In this document: piece after piece, positions 12,851 to 24,875 of the stretch | Numbering within the stretch: the stretch's first letter is position 1 | Layout: each line of letters opens with the position of its first letter | NCBI GenBank assembly: GCA_951406725.2 | Contig: OX597818.1 | Location: 89,218,001-89,282,000, forward strand | DNA from: Octopus vulgaris | Lineage: Eukaryota | DNA: 64,000 nt | Direction: 5' to 3' | Notes under the pieces: generated by a model | What the model was told of the DNA's origin: nothing | Seen by the model: only the letters and a program-made list of their open reading frames with translations | Databases searched by the model: none | Position numbers and translations under genes: made by a program

Positions 12851-14361
12851 CAATATTACACCAATGTTTTATGTTTGGCCAGTTTATAGACCACTTGGAT
12901 AACCACATAGATTCCACAGATTAATAATGATCATTTTCCGACCCCTGATCTAAGATAATTTCAGGTCAACATCAAGAAGAAAGATATAAGCAGGGAGGAG
13001 TGTACATTGGGGCAGAGGTGTAACACCTTTTCCATTTTCCCTTCCCTTTCACACTCTCTCCCTATCGCTCTCCCTATCTGTCTGTCTATCAATCTATCTA
13101 TCTTTCTATTCTCATACTTTTCTCCTTACCTCAACATATCTTCCCCTGCCGCTACCCTGCCCTCATTCCTCGAAATTTCCCTATTCTCTACTCACTCTTC
13201 CTCTAGTTTCCTATAGATTCAACTATCCCTGATTATTTAAACATCTGCTAAACAATATAACCATCAACGGCGACTCCTTTTATCCCATTGACCCATCTCA
13301 CTCCTCCCCTCTTCCCTCCGACTTACCACTTCTATTCTTATTCAATCTCGTGATTACTTACCTCCCCCTCCCGCTCCCCGATTTGTATTTCTTATCACTT
13401 CTTGCTCTTCCTCAAATTCTCCGCCCGTCTCTCTAAACAGCCTGTATCTTCCCTTTCCCTGTGTTTACTCATCTTCTCTCATCCAACCTTTACGTGCCTC
13501 GCACCAATATATAAACTTCTATTTGTCAATATTTCTCTCCTGACGAAAGAAGCCGGAATTAAAGTAATACCGGCTTTCTTCGTCAGCTGATATTACGATA
13601 ACGTATCTATGCATCAATCTACTGGCTGCATATCCATGACTTTTTACACACATCTTCTGCTAATTATGACCATTATAGTTATTACGTAATTCCGAGTTCC
13701 CAGAAAAAGCTGTCCGGTTAATAAATATTATGCACCTCTTATTTATTTTATTTTCATACTCCATGTAGATTTCTTTGTCAATATATATGAATTTCTATAT
13801 GCTTGACATATGATTATCTTCTGAATATTTTCAGTTTTTGCCTTTTCTATATACACCTTTCTATATATTTACATGTGTATATTTATTATGTATATTTATA
13901 TATATCAAGCCAAATCGTGTTTATATGCATCACACATATGCATACATATGTACATATACGTATACATACATACATACATACATACACACACACAAACACA
14001 CATATACATATACACAGACATATATGTATGTATTATGTATGTATGTATGTATGTATGTATGTATGTATGTATGTATGTATGTACGTACGTATGTATGTAT
14101 GTATGTATGTATGTATGTATGTATGTATGTATGTATGTATGTATGTATGTATGTATGAGAGGTTTTGGTCTCCAGAAGACCCAAAAGGCAGGAAAGGCTA
14201 TGTAAGTGCTACGGAAAGACTGCTGTTGAACTCCCAGTTCAATAATAGTAAGAGTGAAGAGTTTAAGGCGAGTCATGTGTGAGCGTGTATATTTTAAATA
14301 AAATAAGATAACGAGGCCAAGGCAATGTGATATTTCAAGGACATTTATAAGGAGAAAGGTG

Positions 14362-14409
14362 ACCTTACAGCTGTTTCAGGGAAATCAATGATATCCCATC
14401 ATCAGAGAT
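14362..14409 (-). ncRNA. Type I hammerhead ribozyme motif
   Basis: ATCT-CTGATGA-T-GGGATATC-ATT-GATTTCCC-T-GAAAC-AGCT-GTA-AGGT; palindromic ACAGCTGT helix III. Confidence 0.75.
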
Positions 14410-14674
14410 GTGTTAAGAGAGCTGCAATAGAAGGAATTAGTAGAGTTCATTATATAAGAAGTTATTTTAGAAAGGAAGAAATACAGAAAGTATAAAGGGC
14501 AATATGCAAATGAATATGAAGATAAATATGATAACCCTCTGGAAGAAGATGGGCAGTGAACTTTATTCTCCTGTCTGTATTTTATCTACTGTTTCATCCT
14601 TTATTCTTCTATCTACTATTTTATTCCTTTATAAACCTTGAATTCCCTTCTAGAACTTTCATACATACTCACCT

Positions 14675-14752
14675 TGTCTCTGATGGTGGAATATCCAGTG
14701 CGTGGAGATACTAATCTATCACTTGGAATATCCCAGAAACATCTGTGAGACA
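14675..14752 (+). ncRNA. Degenerate hammerhead motif
   Basis: TGTCT-CTGATGG-long stem II-GAAAC-ATCT-GTG-AGACA; A9G and G at position 17 predict inactivity. Confidence 0.55.
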
Positions 14753-14933
14753 TCCAATAATTAATTGACTAATTAATTGATTACCTTAAATTCACCTTAC
14801 TCTAAGTAAATTATCTAAATGACTTGAGATACTCGTCCGGCCTTGGTTTTTGCTATTCTTTCTCCCCTAAGATATACTTGCTAACTCGGAAGACTACTGA
14901 GGATCCCTAGCAGTAGACTCAGCTGTAAACTAC

Positions 14934-15008
<75 letters not shown>

Positions 15009-15019
15009 TGTATATATAT

Positions 15020-15169
15020 GAATATGAGGGGTTTACTTCACTGATGATCTAAACGAATAGGTACGCTGTGTAAGTGCCATAAATTGGTCATCCGTTAGAT
15101 TCGAAGTTTTGGCACTTACACAGCGCACCTATTCGTTTAGATCATTAGTGAAGTAAACCCCTCATATTC
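15020..15169. repeat. 60-bp-arm inverted repeat (30-nt loop) embedded in (TA)n
   Basis: 15020-15079 vs 15110-15169 reverse complement with 2 mismatches. Confidence 0.9.
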
Positions 15170-15279
<110 letters not shown>

Positions 15280-15309
15280 GTATGTAGATGTAAAAAAATA
15301 CAAACTGGG

Positions 15310-15360
<51 letters not shown>

Positions 15361-15457
15361 CGGGAAGCTTTATGAAAATAGACAAAAGACGAAGGCAGGT
15401 GGAAAACAAACAAACAATTGTATTAGTATGGCGCTCAGGAAATATAAATAAAACAAG

Positions 15458-15495
15458 TCTTTAACGTTTCGAGCCTACGCTCTTCAACAGAAAGA
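15458..15495 (-). ncRNA. Minimal hammerhead motif (A6U core) in the PLE1 3' end
   Basis: TCTTT-CTGTTGA-A-GAGC-GTAG-GCTC-GAAAC-GTT-AAAGA. Confidence 0.7.
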
Positions 15496-15660
15496 TACAC
15501 AGAGAGAAAAAAAACACAGAAAGAAGGAGAGAAAAAAAAATGCGTGCAGTAACTAACGAACCAACATGGCGATCTGATTTCGGCCAGAAGTCAAAGATCA
15601 AACATGAGACGCGAGAGCGAAATTAGGGGAGATAATAGGGTTGAGTGACCAGCTCCAACA

Positions 15661-15665
15661 TAAGG

Positions 15666-15696
<31 letters not shown>

Positions 15697-15771
15697 TATT
15701 AGTGCGTATGAGAGGTCTGGACGTGTGTATGTATAAGATTGGTGTATGTATTAGTATGTATTAGTATGTAT

Positions 15772-15808
<37 letters not shown>

Positions 15809-16045
15809 AAAGAGTATTAGTGCGTATGAGAGGTCTGGACGTGTGTATGTATAGGGTTGGTGTATGTATTAGTATGTATTAGTATGTATTAGTATGTATT
15901 AGTACGTATTAGTATGTATAAGGGTGTGTGTGTGTATGAGAGAGTATTAGTGCGTATGAGAGGTCTGGACGTGTGTATGTATAGGGTTAGTGTATGTATT
16001 AGTATGTATTAGTATGTATTAGTATGTATTAGTTGGTGTATGTAT
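15661..16045. repeat. Three-unit minisatellite in the PLE1 3' UTR
   Basis: Units starting at about 15661, 15771 and 15919 share GAGTATTAGTGCGTATGAGAGGTCTGGACGTGTGTATG with variable (GT)n and (TATTAGTATG)n. Confidence 0.85.
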
Positions 16046-17844
16046 TAGTATGGCACATCATATATGATGTGATGTGTAAAGTCGTGTGGTGTAGTGTGGA
16101 GAGAGGAGAATAGGGGGAGGGGGAGGGGAGAGGGGAAGAGAGAGGAGGGGAGAAGGAAGGGGAAGAGGAGGGGAGGAGGAAGGAGGAAAGAGGGAGAGGG
16201 GAAGAGAAGGGGAGTGAGGGAGCAGAGGGAAGGGGAAGAGGGAAGGAGGGAGGGAGAAAGAGGGAAGAAGGGAAGGGGAGTAGGGGTGAAAGGATGAAGG
16301 ACTGAAGAAGTAGGGGTCGGGGGGAAAGGTAGGTGAGGAGGGGGAGAGGGGGTTAGACGAGGAGGGGGAGAGTTGAGACCAAATGGCGTATAAGAGCGAA
16401 GAGAGAAGATTAATTCCTGTTCACGGCGCAGACGGGAATCCGGATGGCCTCTGTGTAAGGACAAACCGAACACAGATAGGTGTTGCAAGGAGTGACCGGT
16501 GGAGCGGAAATGGCGAGAGACCGGTGTGTCGTTCGCAAGGTGGATGTCACGAAGGTGTTCCGCGAACCGGTCAGCCAAGCGGCGTCCCGTTTGTCCGATG
16601 TACAAGGAATGGCAGAGAGAGCAAGAGACGCAATAGATAATATTGCTGGAGGTGCAGGTGAAGGAGTGGATGATAGGATAGGGTCGATGATGGGTGCTAG
16701 TGAGGAGGGTGGTGTTGGAGAGGTAAGGGCAAGTGCGGCAACGTGGGCGGGAGCAGGGGAACGAGCCGGGTTGGGAGGTAGGGTCAGGGAAGGAGCTATG
16801 GACCAAAAGGTCTCGAAGGTTGTGGGCTCGTTTGAAAGAGGGGAGGGGTCGGTTAGGGAAGAGGTGTGAAGTGGACGGGTCGGACTGGAGATGACGGAAA
16901 GCTCGAAGAATGGTGTGTTGGAGAGGTAGGGTCGTGGGGTGGTAAGTGAGGGGAAAAGGGAGGCGGGAGACTACAGGGCGGGTTCGGGGAGAGAGAGCAG
17001 ATACACGGTCCACGGACCGTGCTCTGGCAAGGGCGGTGTGGATAGTGGTGAAGTGGTGAGCCATACGTTGAGACTGAGTCTCAAAGTCATGGTCGTCACT
17101 ACAGAGCCTACGTAGACGGAGGAATTGGGAATAGGGGATGGAAAGCTTGGTGTGTTCTGGGTGGGAGGAAGAGAAGTTGAGGTATGAGTGTGAGTCTGTG
17201 TGTTTGTAGTGAATGGAGGTGGTAAGAGTGGAGTGAAGAATGCTAACCGAAATGTCGAGGAAGGAGACAGAGGTGTTGGAGATAGTGGAAGTGAAGTGGA
17301 GGGCTGGATGGAAAGATTGGACGAAAGAGAGGAAGGAATCTAGATGTTCACGGGAGAGTGAGGTGGCACCGATAATGTCGTCAATGTAACGACCATATAG
17401 TTCAGGAGTGGGACCAGTGAAATTAGAGAATATTTGGGCCTCAACATAGCCAACGAACAGGTTCGCATAGTTGGGGCCCATTCGCGTTCCCATGGCCACT
17501 CCCGAGACCTGATGGTAGAACTCGCCCGCGAACGAGAAGCAGTTCAGAGTAAGGACAAGTTCGGCCAGACGAATGAGTGTGGAGGTGTCAGGTACAGGGT
17601 TGGAGCGGAGGTCAAGAAAGTGTCGAAGGGCCTGCAGTCCTTCGTGGTGAGGGATAACAGTATAGAGGCTTTGGATGTCCATAGTAAAAAGGATTTTGGA
17701 GGAGCCGGGAGGAAAGGAGAAATAGTTGAAAAGCCGGAGAGCATGGTTGGTATCGTGGATGTGGGAGGGAAGAGATGCCACTGGGGGGGCAAGGACACGG
17801 TCGAGGTATTTAGAGATGAGCTCCATGTTAATAGTTATCGCCAA
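16045..17844 (-). CDS. PLE reverse transcriptase + GIY-YIG endonuclease (N-truncated)
   Basis: MDIQSLYT, GVAMGTRMGP, YGRYIDD, YKHTDSHSYL..SSHP, Cys linker CSRPRCRTC, NIIYCVSCSLC..YIGQTGR.L.RF.EH, GLN; small in-frame deletion where RGYP is expected; Pro-rich tail after GLN is low-complexity. Confidence 0.92.
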   Translation of the reverse strand: MAITINMELISKYLDRVLAPPVASLPSHIHDTNHALRLFNYFSFPPGSSKILFTMDIQSLYTVIPHHEGLQALRHFLDLRSNPVPDTSTLIRLAELVLTLNCFSFAGEFYHQVSGVAMGTRMGPNYANLFVGYVEAQIFSNFTGPTPELYGRYIDDIIGATSLSREHLDSFLSFVQSFHPALHFTSTISNTSVSFLDISVSILHSTLTTSIHYKHTDSHSYLNFSSSHPEHTKLSIPYSQFLRLRRLCSDDHDFETQSQRMAHHFTTIHTALARARSVDRVSALSPRTRPVVSRLPFPLTYHPTTLPLQHTILRAFRHLQSDPSTSHLFPNRPLPSFKRAHNLRDLLVHSSFPDPTSQPGSFPCSRPRCRTCPYLSNTTLLTSTHHRPYPIIHSFTCTSSNIIYCVSCSLCHSLYIGQTGRRLADRFAEHLRDIHLANDTPVSRHFRSTGHSLQHLSVFGLSLHRGHPDSRLRREQELIFSLRSYTPFGLNSPPPRLTPSPPPHLPFPPTPTSSVLHPFTPTPLPFFPLSPSLLPSSPSLCSLTPLLFPSPSFLLPPPLLFPFLLPSSLFPSPLPLPLFSSLHTTPHDFTHHIIYDVPY

Positions 17845-18093
17845 GCTAACGTGGCAGTCCAGAAAAATAGGACGAATGCTGCCGTTAGATTAGCTCCAAG
17901 AGGCCATGGCCTGTAGTAAGTTATGTGACCGATAGACTAAGTACCAAGCTTTAAAGAAAGAAATCCTGGGTTCCTTCGACCAAAAATCGCTTTAAGGTGA
18001 GGCCCCAGAATGCCTGTAGTTTAATTACTGAAACAAATAAAAGGTAAGATATATAAAAGATGCACATTTTGGATTGAGAATATATTCAATAAT

Positions 18094-18247
18094 ATTATTT
18101 ACATTATTTACATTATTTACATTCGACGGATATTTGTCCTCATCTTTGTTGTTAACACAACGTTTCGGCTGATATACCCTCCGGCATTCTTCAGGTGTCT
18201 TGGGGAAATTTCGAACCTGGGTTCTCATTCCTAATGGTATTTTTCGA

Positions 18248-18281
<34 letters not shown>

Positions 18282-18415
18282 GTTCAGGTCACTGTTTGGA
18301 ATCGAACTCGGAATCTTGGGGTTAGTAGCCCGTGCTCTTAACCACTACGCCATGTGCCCGTCGAATGTAAATAATGTAAATAATGTACATAATTCCTCAT
18401 CTCTTAAATATACAA
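18094..18415 (-). mobile_element. tRNA-headed short element carrying a hammerhead and an inverted terminal copy
   Basis: tRNA(Arg)-like head 18359->18285 (TGGCGTAGTGG A box, GAGTTCGATTCC B box), (AAT)n, hammerhead, 29-bp inverted repeat 18100-18128/18359-18387. Confidence 0.75.
18154..18199 (-). ncRNA. Minimal hammerhead motif
   Basis: GACAC-CTGAAGA-A-TGCCGG-AGGGTATA-TCAGCC-GAAAC-GTT-GTGTT; canonical core, two mismatches in stem II. Confidence 0.7.
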
Positions 18416-19159
18416 CTGTATATCTCTTATTATAAAAGGCAGATTTTATCTGCCTCCCTTTGGGAGTTATAGAAATCTACAATATAGGATTTCTTCAATT
18501 ACAATTTACCTGGCATTTTTGAGAGTACAATGCATCGCGTCATGCCAGGTCCAGTTTTTAAAATTTAAACTCCAATTAAGCAAAATTTACAGAAAACTCA
18601 CATTCTGGTGTGTGTGTCAAATGCTTTTCTTAGTCTGGTTTACACCACACGCAAACGCACACACACAGTGGGCAACGAATAAAATGAAAGTAAATAACGA
18701 CAGAGTGATTTGAGCAAGACTAAAGTGAAAGTATTCTGTCTATGACGCTGATAGATACATGAGTAAAATGTATGGGAAGCTAAGAGCTAAGAGTGAGTGA
18801 AAATGTTCTTGGAAGAGAGTAATTAGTAATAAAGTAAACATACACTCATACATACATACATACATACATACATACATACATACATACATACATACATACA
18901 CACACACACATACACACACACATACATACACACACACATACATACATACACACATACATACATACATACATATACATACATACATACATATACATACATA
19001 CATACATACATATACATACATACATACACACACACACATACACACACACACAATATTGAAGCTTGAGAACAATCAGATACATTTGCAACACATCTGTTGA
19101 AAATATTATTGTTCACACACATACATATACATATATACATACAGACAGACAGACAGATA

Positions 19160-19197
<38 letters not shown>

Positions 19198-19254
19198 ATC
19201 CAGCATGGCCACAACATCAAGGCTGAAACATATAAAAGAATAACAGAATATAAA

Positions 19255-19610
19255 TGTGTGCAAAGTACAAGAAATATTAATGCAGTATATGGGGATTGGA
19301 CAATAAGCGTAAGGCAGTGTCAATGGTGGTTCCAGAAATTCCGAGCCATAAACTACAGCCTAGAAGACGAGCCTCATCCTGAAAGATCTGTAGAACTCGA
19401 CAAGGACATCCTGAAAACCCTGGTGGAACAAAATATCATCGTAACTGTTGAGGAACTAGCAGAGAAGCTTGGATTTGGTCATTCAACCATTCATTGACAC
19501 CTGTGTGCTATCGGAAAAGTCAGCAAATTGGGTCAATGGGTTCCTCACGAACTTTCCGAGTCTAATTGCATACAGAGAGTGAATGTATGCTTTTCTTTGC
19601 TGTCATATCT
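19255..19610 (+). pseudogene. mariner transposase N-terminal fragment
   Basis: RNINAVYG..ISVRQCQWWFQKFR..YSLEDEP...TVEELAEKLG..STIH*HL..IGKV.KLGQWVPHEL (WVPHEL mariner motif), internal stop. Confidence 0.88.
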
Positions 19611-19632
19611 CACCACTACTGCGCTATGTATA

Positions 19633-20270
19633 TCTATATATATAAAACTGTAGTTGTGTGAGTGTCTGTCCCCTTCGATTTAGATTCCTAACTACTCCCA
19701 CATTTTGCGGTACAGTTTAACCAAATTCGGGTAGCTTATAGTCGTGATTCATATCGAGCCCGTCTGAATATTAGCGCGCGTCTACGATGAGTCTACGATT
19801 TTAAAAATAATTTAACATCATTTTTTATTCCATTTTAATGCATAATTTTTCGTGTGTCGATGGCAGCGGAGTTGGCGTCCACGCTCACACCTGCACCTGT
19901 GGGGAAGGGAGTGTAAGGAAATCAACGTCGTAATGCGTTGTCAAGGAGACCAGTGTTCTTTTAGAACAACGACTTCATGGCTTGAAGACACCAAAACAGA
20001 AATGGCTAAGAAAGCGTCTACATGAGTCTACGATTTAAAAAAAAATTTACCATCGTTTTTTTTTCCATTTTAATGCATTTTTTCGCTATTATATAAGGGA
20101 AGTAACTCTCTAAAAATGTTTACGATGAGTCAACGATTTTAAAAAAAATTTACCATCATATTTTTTCCATTTTTAATGCATTTTTTGCTATTTTTTGGCT
20201 ATAACTCTCTAAAAATGCTTATATAGTTATTTCCCTTACAAACCCGAGTAACGCCGGGCGATACTGCTAG
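19633..20270 (+). mobile_element. Non-autonomous Helitron-like element
   Basis: 5' TC after A; 3' hairpin CCCGAGTAACGCCGGG then CTAG followed by T; termini shared with 41935-42320. Confidence 0.75.
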
Positions 20271-20569
20271 TTAAATAATATTTGTTGAGTACAGCAAAGG
20301 AAGACATACATCTTCCTTATTGAAATATATCCACCTACTCGCATACTGTGCTTTGATATACCTTCGAATGATGCCTTCATTATGCACCACGCATTAACGC
20401 CGCGTATATTGAATAATCTGAAGATTTTCAATATAATTATATCTGCAATTTTTAGATCATAAGCCTCGCTGTGAAATGTAGACACCAGAAATTACACACA
20501 CACACACACACGCTCTGATACATGTATGTGTGTGTGTGTGTGTGTGTGTTTATAAATATATATATATAT

Positions 20570-20635
20570 ATTCTTGGAAGAGTTTGTGTGGCGTTCAATC
20601 ATATAATAATATAAATAATATTTATCTATATATAC

Positions 20636-20704
<69 letters not shown>

Positions 20705-20758
20705 TATATGCATACGTATATGTACATACTTACATCCATACGTGTATGCATGTATATG

Positions 20759-20825
<67 letters not shown>

Positions 20826-21477
20826 GCATATGTGGGCGCAGGAAACGTGTACAACAAAAAAATAAGGAAGAACGAGTGCATGGAACATAAACTATTCTTT
20901 CGAACAACGAAAGACACAAATGGAAAGCTAAACAAACGAACTAGTCTCGTATTTCAAGCATTTAACAACAATATACGCTTTCGATAAAACAGTTGCTCCG
21001 GCAAAGCAAATTAAATAAAATTTGGGATTTTGTGGACGGTCAAAATAGGTTAACACAAACAGGATAGTGAAACAAACAGATAGGGCTGCTAAGACTAAAC
21101 GAGGTTGTGGTGGAGAACGCGTAAATCAATCTAGGACAGGAAACAAACAAGAACACGTCTTCCTTGTAACCAACTACAACGGAGAGAAAGAAAGAAAGAT
21201 GGCCGATGGTCACGTTGGGGTCACGTGAGCAAGCGAGGAGTGAGGGAGAGAGAGTGACAGAGTAATAGGATGGAATAGTGGGAGAAGAAGCGGTAAAAGA
21301 ATAAAAGAGAGAAAAACGAAAGAGTAAAAAGATCGTATAGAGTGCGCATCAGAATTATTAAGATAAAACTAACTTGGAAGAGGATGCGTGGCGTTCAATC
21401 ATATAATAATATGAATTATATATATATGTATATGTATGTATGCATATATACATACGCATATGTACATACATCTATAC

Positions 21478-21555
<78 letters not shown>

Positions 21556-21730
21556 GTGGGCACGGGACGTCATGAAACGTGGTGTACAACAAAAAGTACG
21601 AAGCTCGAGTACATGGAGTATAAACTATTCTTTCGAACAACGAAAAACACAAATGGAAAACAAAACAAACAACATAAGGAACTACCCTTCATCAGTTGTT
21701 GGTTGTTTTTCTAATTTCGTATTTCGAGCT
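20570..21730 (-). mobile_element. Tandem partial copies of a microsatellite-containing repeat (probable PLE pLTR family)
   Basis: 20575-20940 and 21373-21725 are direct copies; related to 31940-33190. Confidence 0.55.
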
Positions 21731-22290
21731 GTAGTTAACGCACATGAATAAAAAATGCCGATCGCGAATTCTTAATACTAACGCGTCAGTTTTCGCAGTT
21801 TCCGTTGCCTCATCAGTTAGGACAGTTCAGCTTCGGCTCTTTCCACTCTTGCTTCCCCATTAGTATTTATATTTTCGTCATCCAAATAATTGGATGATTT
21901 AGTGATACTCTAATGCACTGTTTCGCCAAAAAGGAGAATTACAAATGTCACTAAATGTGACTAGGGTGTTCGGAAACACCTACATTGCTAGAAATAAGAG
22001 CTAAATCTAAAGTTGTAGTTAACGCACATAAATGTGTCTCGAAAGAACCGAAGCCGAGCTGTCGTAATTGATGAGACAATGGAAATTGCCGAAACTGACG
22101 CGTTAGTATTAAGAATTCTCGATCGGCACTTTACGGACGGTTATGGTCCCTGTTAGTGTATATGTTTTAATTCATGTGCGTTAACTACAGCATTAGAGGG
22201 ATTTCACTCTTATTTCTAGCAATGTAGGTGTTTCCTATCGCCTTCGTTACATTTAGTGACATTTAAAATTCTCCTTTTTGGTGAAACATT
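21728..22290. repeat. Interleaved inverted repeats with two hammerhead-like motifs (21778-21820 minus, 22064-22106 plus)
   Basis: About 21755-21843 pairs with 22040-22130, and about 21918-22030 with 22173-22288; consensus CTGATGA-GGCAAT/ATTGCC-GAAAC but no UH triplet before helix I. Confidence 0.7.
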
Positions 22291-22300
22291 TCAAAATGTT

Positions 22301-22490
22301 CTTTTACTCTTTTACTTGTTTCAGTCATTTGACTGTGACCATGCTGGAGCACCGCCTTTAGTCAAGCAAATCGACCTCACGATTTATTCTATTGGTCTCT
22401 TTTGGGTTAGGGTTAAGGGGACATAAACACACCAGCATCGGTTGTCAAGCGATGTTGGGAGAACAAACACAAACACACAAACATATACAC

Positions 22491-22548
<58 letters not shown>

Positions 22549-22710
22549 GACGGGCTTCTTTCAATTTCCGTTTACCAAATCTACTCACAAGGCTTTGGTC
22601 AGCCTTAGGCTATAGTAGAAGACACTTGCCCAAGGTGCCACGCAGTGGCACTGAACCCGGAACCATGTGGTTCGTAAGCAAGCTGCTTACCACACAGCCA
22701 CTCCTACGCC
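22301..22710 (-). mobile_element. tRNA-derived SINE, family 1, near full length
   Basis: Head GGCGTAGGAGTGGCTGTGTGGTAAG...GGTTCAGT, core CCTTGGGCAAGT, internal (TA)n/(CA)n, GTAAAAGA tail. Confidence 0.88.
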
Positions 22711-22899
22711 TATGCTGTTTATATTATATATATATATTTTATTTTATTCTTTTACTTGTTTCAGTCATTAGACAGCGGCCATGCTACGACACCACCTTAA
22801 ATAATTTTAGTCGAACGAATCGACCCCAGTACTTTTTTTAAGTCTGGCATTTATTTCGTCGGTTTTCTATTGCCGAACACACACATATATACACACACA

Positions 22900-22948
<49 letters not shown>

Positions 22949-23169
22949 TTACACGTACAAACACACACGCACACGCAAACACAAACACACACACATACAC
23001 AAACACACACACTCACATACATACAAAAGGAAACCGATAAAATAAGTGCCAATGTGTGTGTGCGAGTATGTGTGTTTGTGTGTGTGTGTGTATGTGTGTG
23101 TGTAATTGAACGAATCTTTGTACTTGGGCGAATCTTTGCGGTGTCTATCGTGACTCTTACACGCTCACC

Positions 23170-23790
23170 TTCAAGAACTAAGTGACACAGAAATGAGAAG
23201 CGAGCAAAGACTCACTGTTATTACTTTCAACATCGTCGGAGATGTACAAAGATTATATCGCCCACGCAAGGATGGCGGTCGTAGCATTAAATCCGTACTA
23301 ACATCACATGAAACAAAGATTGTAACACTGCAGTAACGACGACTCCATTAAATAACAAGAACCCTTACAACTGTTTTGCTCAACACGAACAAAAAAAAAA
23401 GTAAGAGAAAATGTTACTGAAAAAAGATTACGACATGTAGGAAAGACGTGAAATACAAAACCGATAGCGACTTCCTCTTTTCAGTGAACCATTCCAATAA
23501 ACAATGGTAAATTCTACATAAGGTAACAAGCAAAAATAAAAAGGAATTGAAGAAGAGTTTACGGAAAATGTTGACCGTTGAAGCACGAATAAAGCGCTAG
23601 TTTGACATAGAGTATCAACAGGTTTATGACATCTCAACCCTAAATACTATTTTCGAGCAAATCTGTAGCAAGCAGCGCCACCATTTTCACCATCTAAAAA
23701 TCATCGGGAACAAAAGACAAAACGCAAAATCTGACGACAAATGTAGGGTATGAAAGAGAACATTTTAAGACATTAACCACATCACTGCAA
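23170..23790 (+). pseudogene. Decayed R4/Dong-type fragment (post-RT region and CCHC knuckle)
   Basis: DVQRLYRPRKDGGR near 23241 and DDKCRV*KRTF*DINHITA near 23732. Confidence 0.6.
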
Positions 23791-24840
23791 AATATGTGAC
23801 AGGAAGAGAGGGACGAACAGAGAGAAGCAACGAAAATAGCGAGTGTGTGTCATTCGGATATTGCGATATTGCCATTTTGTGTGACATGAAACGGTAGCCA
23901 TGAGCAATCTAGAGTAAAAATAAAGAATAAAATGTTAATAACCTATAAAGCAGTGCACATTAAGACCGGTGGATCCAAAGATGATGGAACCTAAAATACA
24001 ATAAAAAAAAATAGTAACCTAATTAAATCACGTACGCACACGCGTTCTTACACTCGCACATAAAATGCATAAACGAATAGAAAATACACACAATATATAT
24101 ATATATATGCACACACTCACACATACATACACATATGTATACACACACACACACACGCATATATATGTATGTGTGTGTGTGTGTGTGTCATTAGTAAAAA
24201 CACACACGCTCATACAAACACATACATGCACGCATGCACGCACGCACACATGCTCACACACACACACACGCACGCACACATATATGTATGTTGATACACT
24301 ACCTCAGGATGTCATACTAATTAGTCCGCCATCTTGACATCTCTCATTAGCTCGTGATGTCTTTTAGTGCTGCACCAAAACGCCAGCTATTATCTCTCGT
24401 TTAACACACACAGAAACACAAACACACACACATACACACATACACACGCACACAGCGCGTGCACTCAGAAACATACACATGCATACATGTATGTACGCCC
24501 ACACATATCTTTTTTACTTATAATCATATATATGTAAGTGTGTGTGCATGTGTATGTTTGTGTAAATGGACGTGTGTATGTATGTTTGTATGTATAACTG
24601 TGTGTACATATGTATGTCTGTGAATGTATAGCCACGTATTCTTTCGTTACTAATCAATGAAATCACCTACACACACACACACACACACAATCACACACCC
24701 ACACGCATGTACACACCCTTATACACACACACAAATATAGAGAAACACTACTTCTGCATCTACACACAAAACTCAATCAGAAAAACGTACTCATTCGGAA
24801 CATTGGAACACATTTACGAACGCACCTGCGCGTGCACACA

Positions 24841-24875
<35 letters not shown>

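Larger units (their letters stand above)
15359..17828 (-). mobile_element. 5'-truncated Penelope-like retroelement (PLE1, Neptune-like) with 3' UTR/pLTR
   Basis: RT + GIY-YIG ORF, then low-complexity UTR, minisatellite, hammerhead, ending at (TA)n; the 3' end recurs at 42375 and 48868. Confidence 0.9.

Noticed and set aside
15041-15060. CTGATGA as a hammerhead core
   Set aside because: No stem II/GAAA follows, and the mirrored arm reads CTAATGA
16094-17916. Plus-strand ORFs overlapping PLE1 (and minus-strand ORFs within PLE2)
   Set aside because: Antisense shadows of the RT ORFs
18285-18359. Functional tRNA gene
   Set aside because: Acceptor, anticodon and T stems pair poorly; embedded in a repeat, so treated as a SINE head
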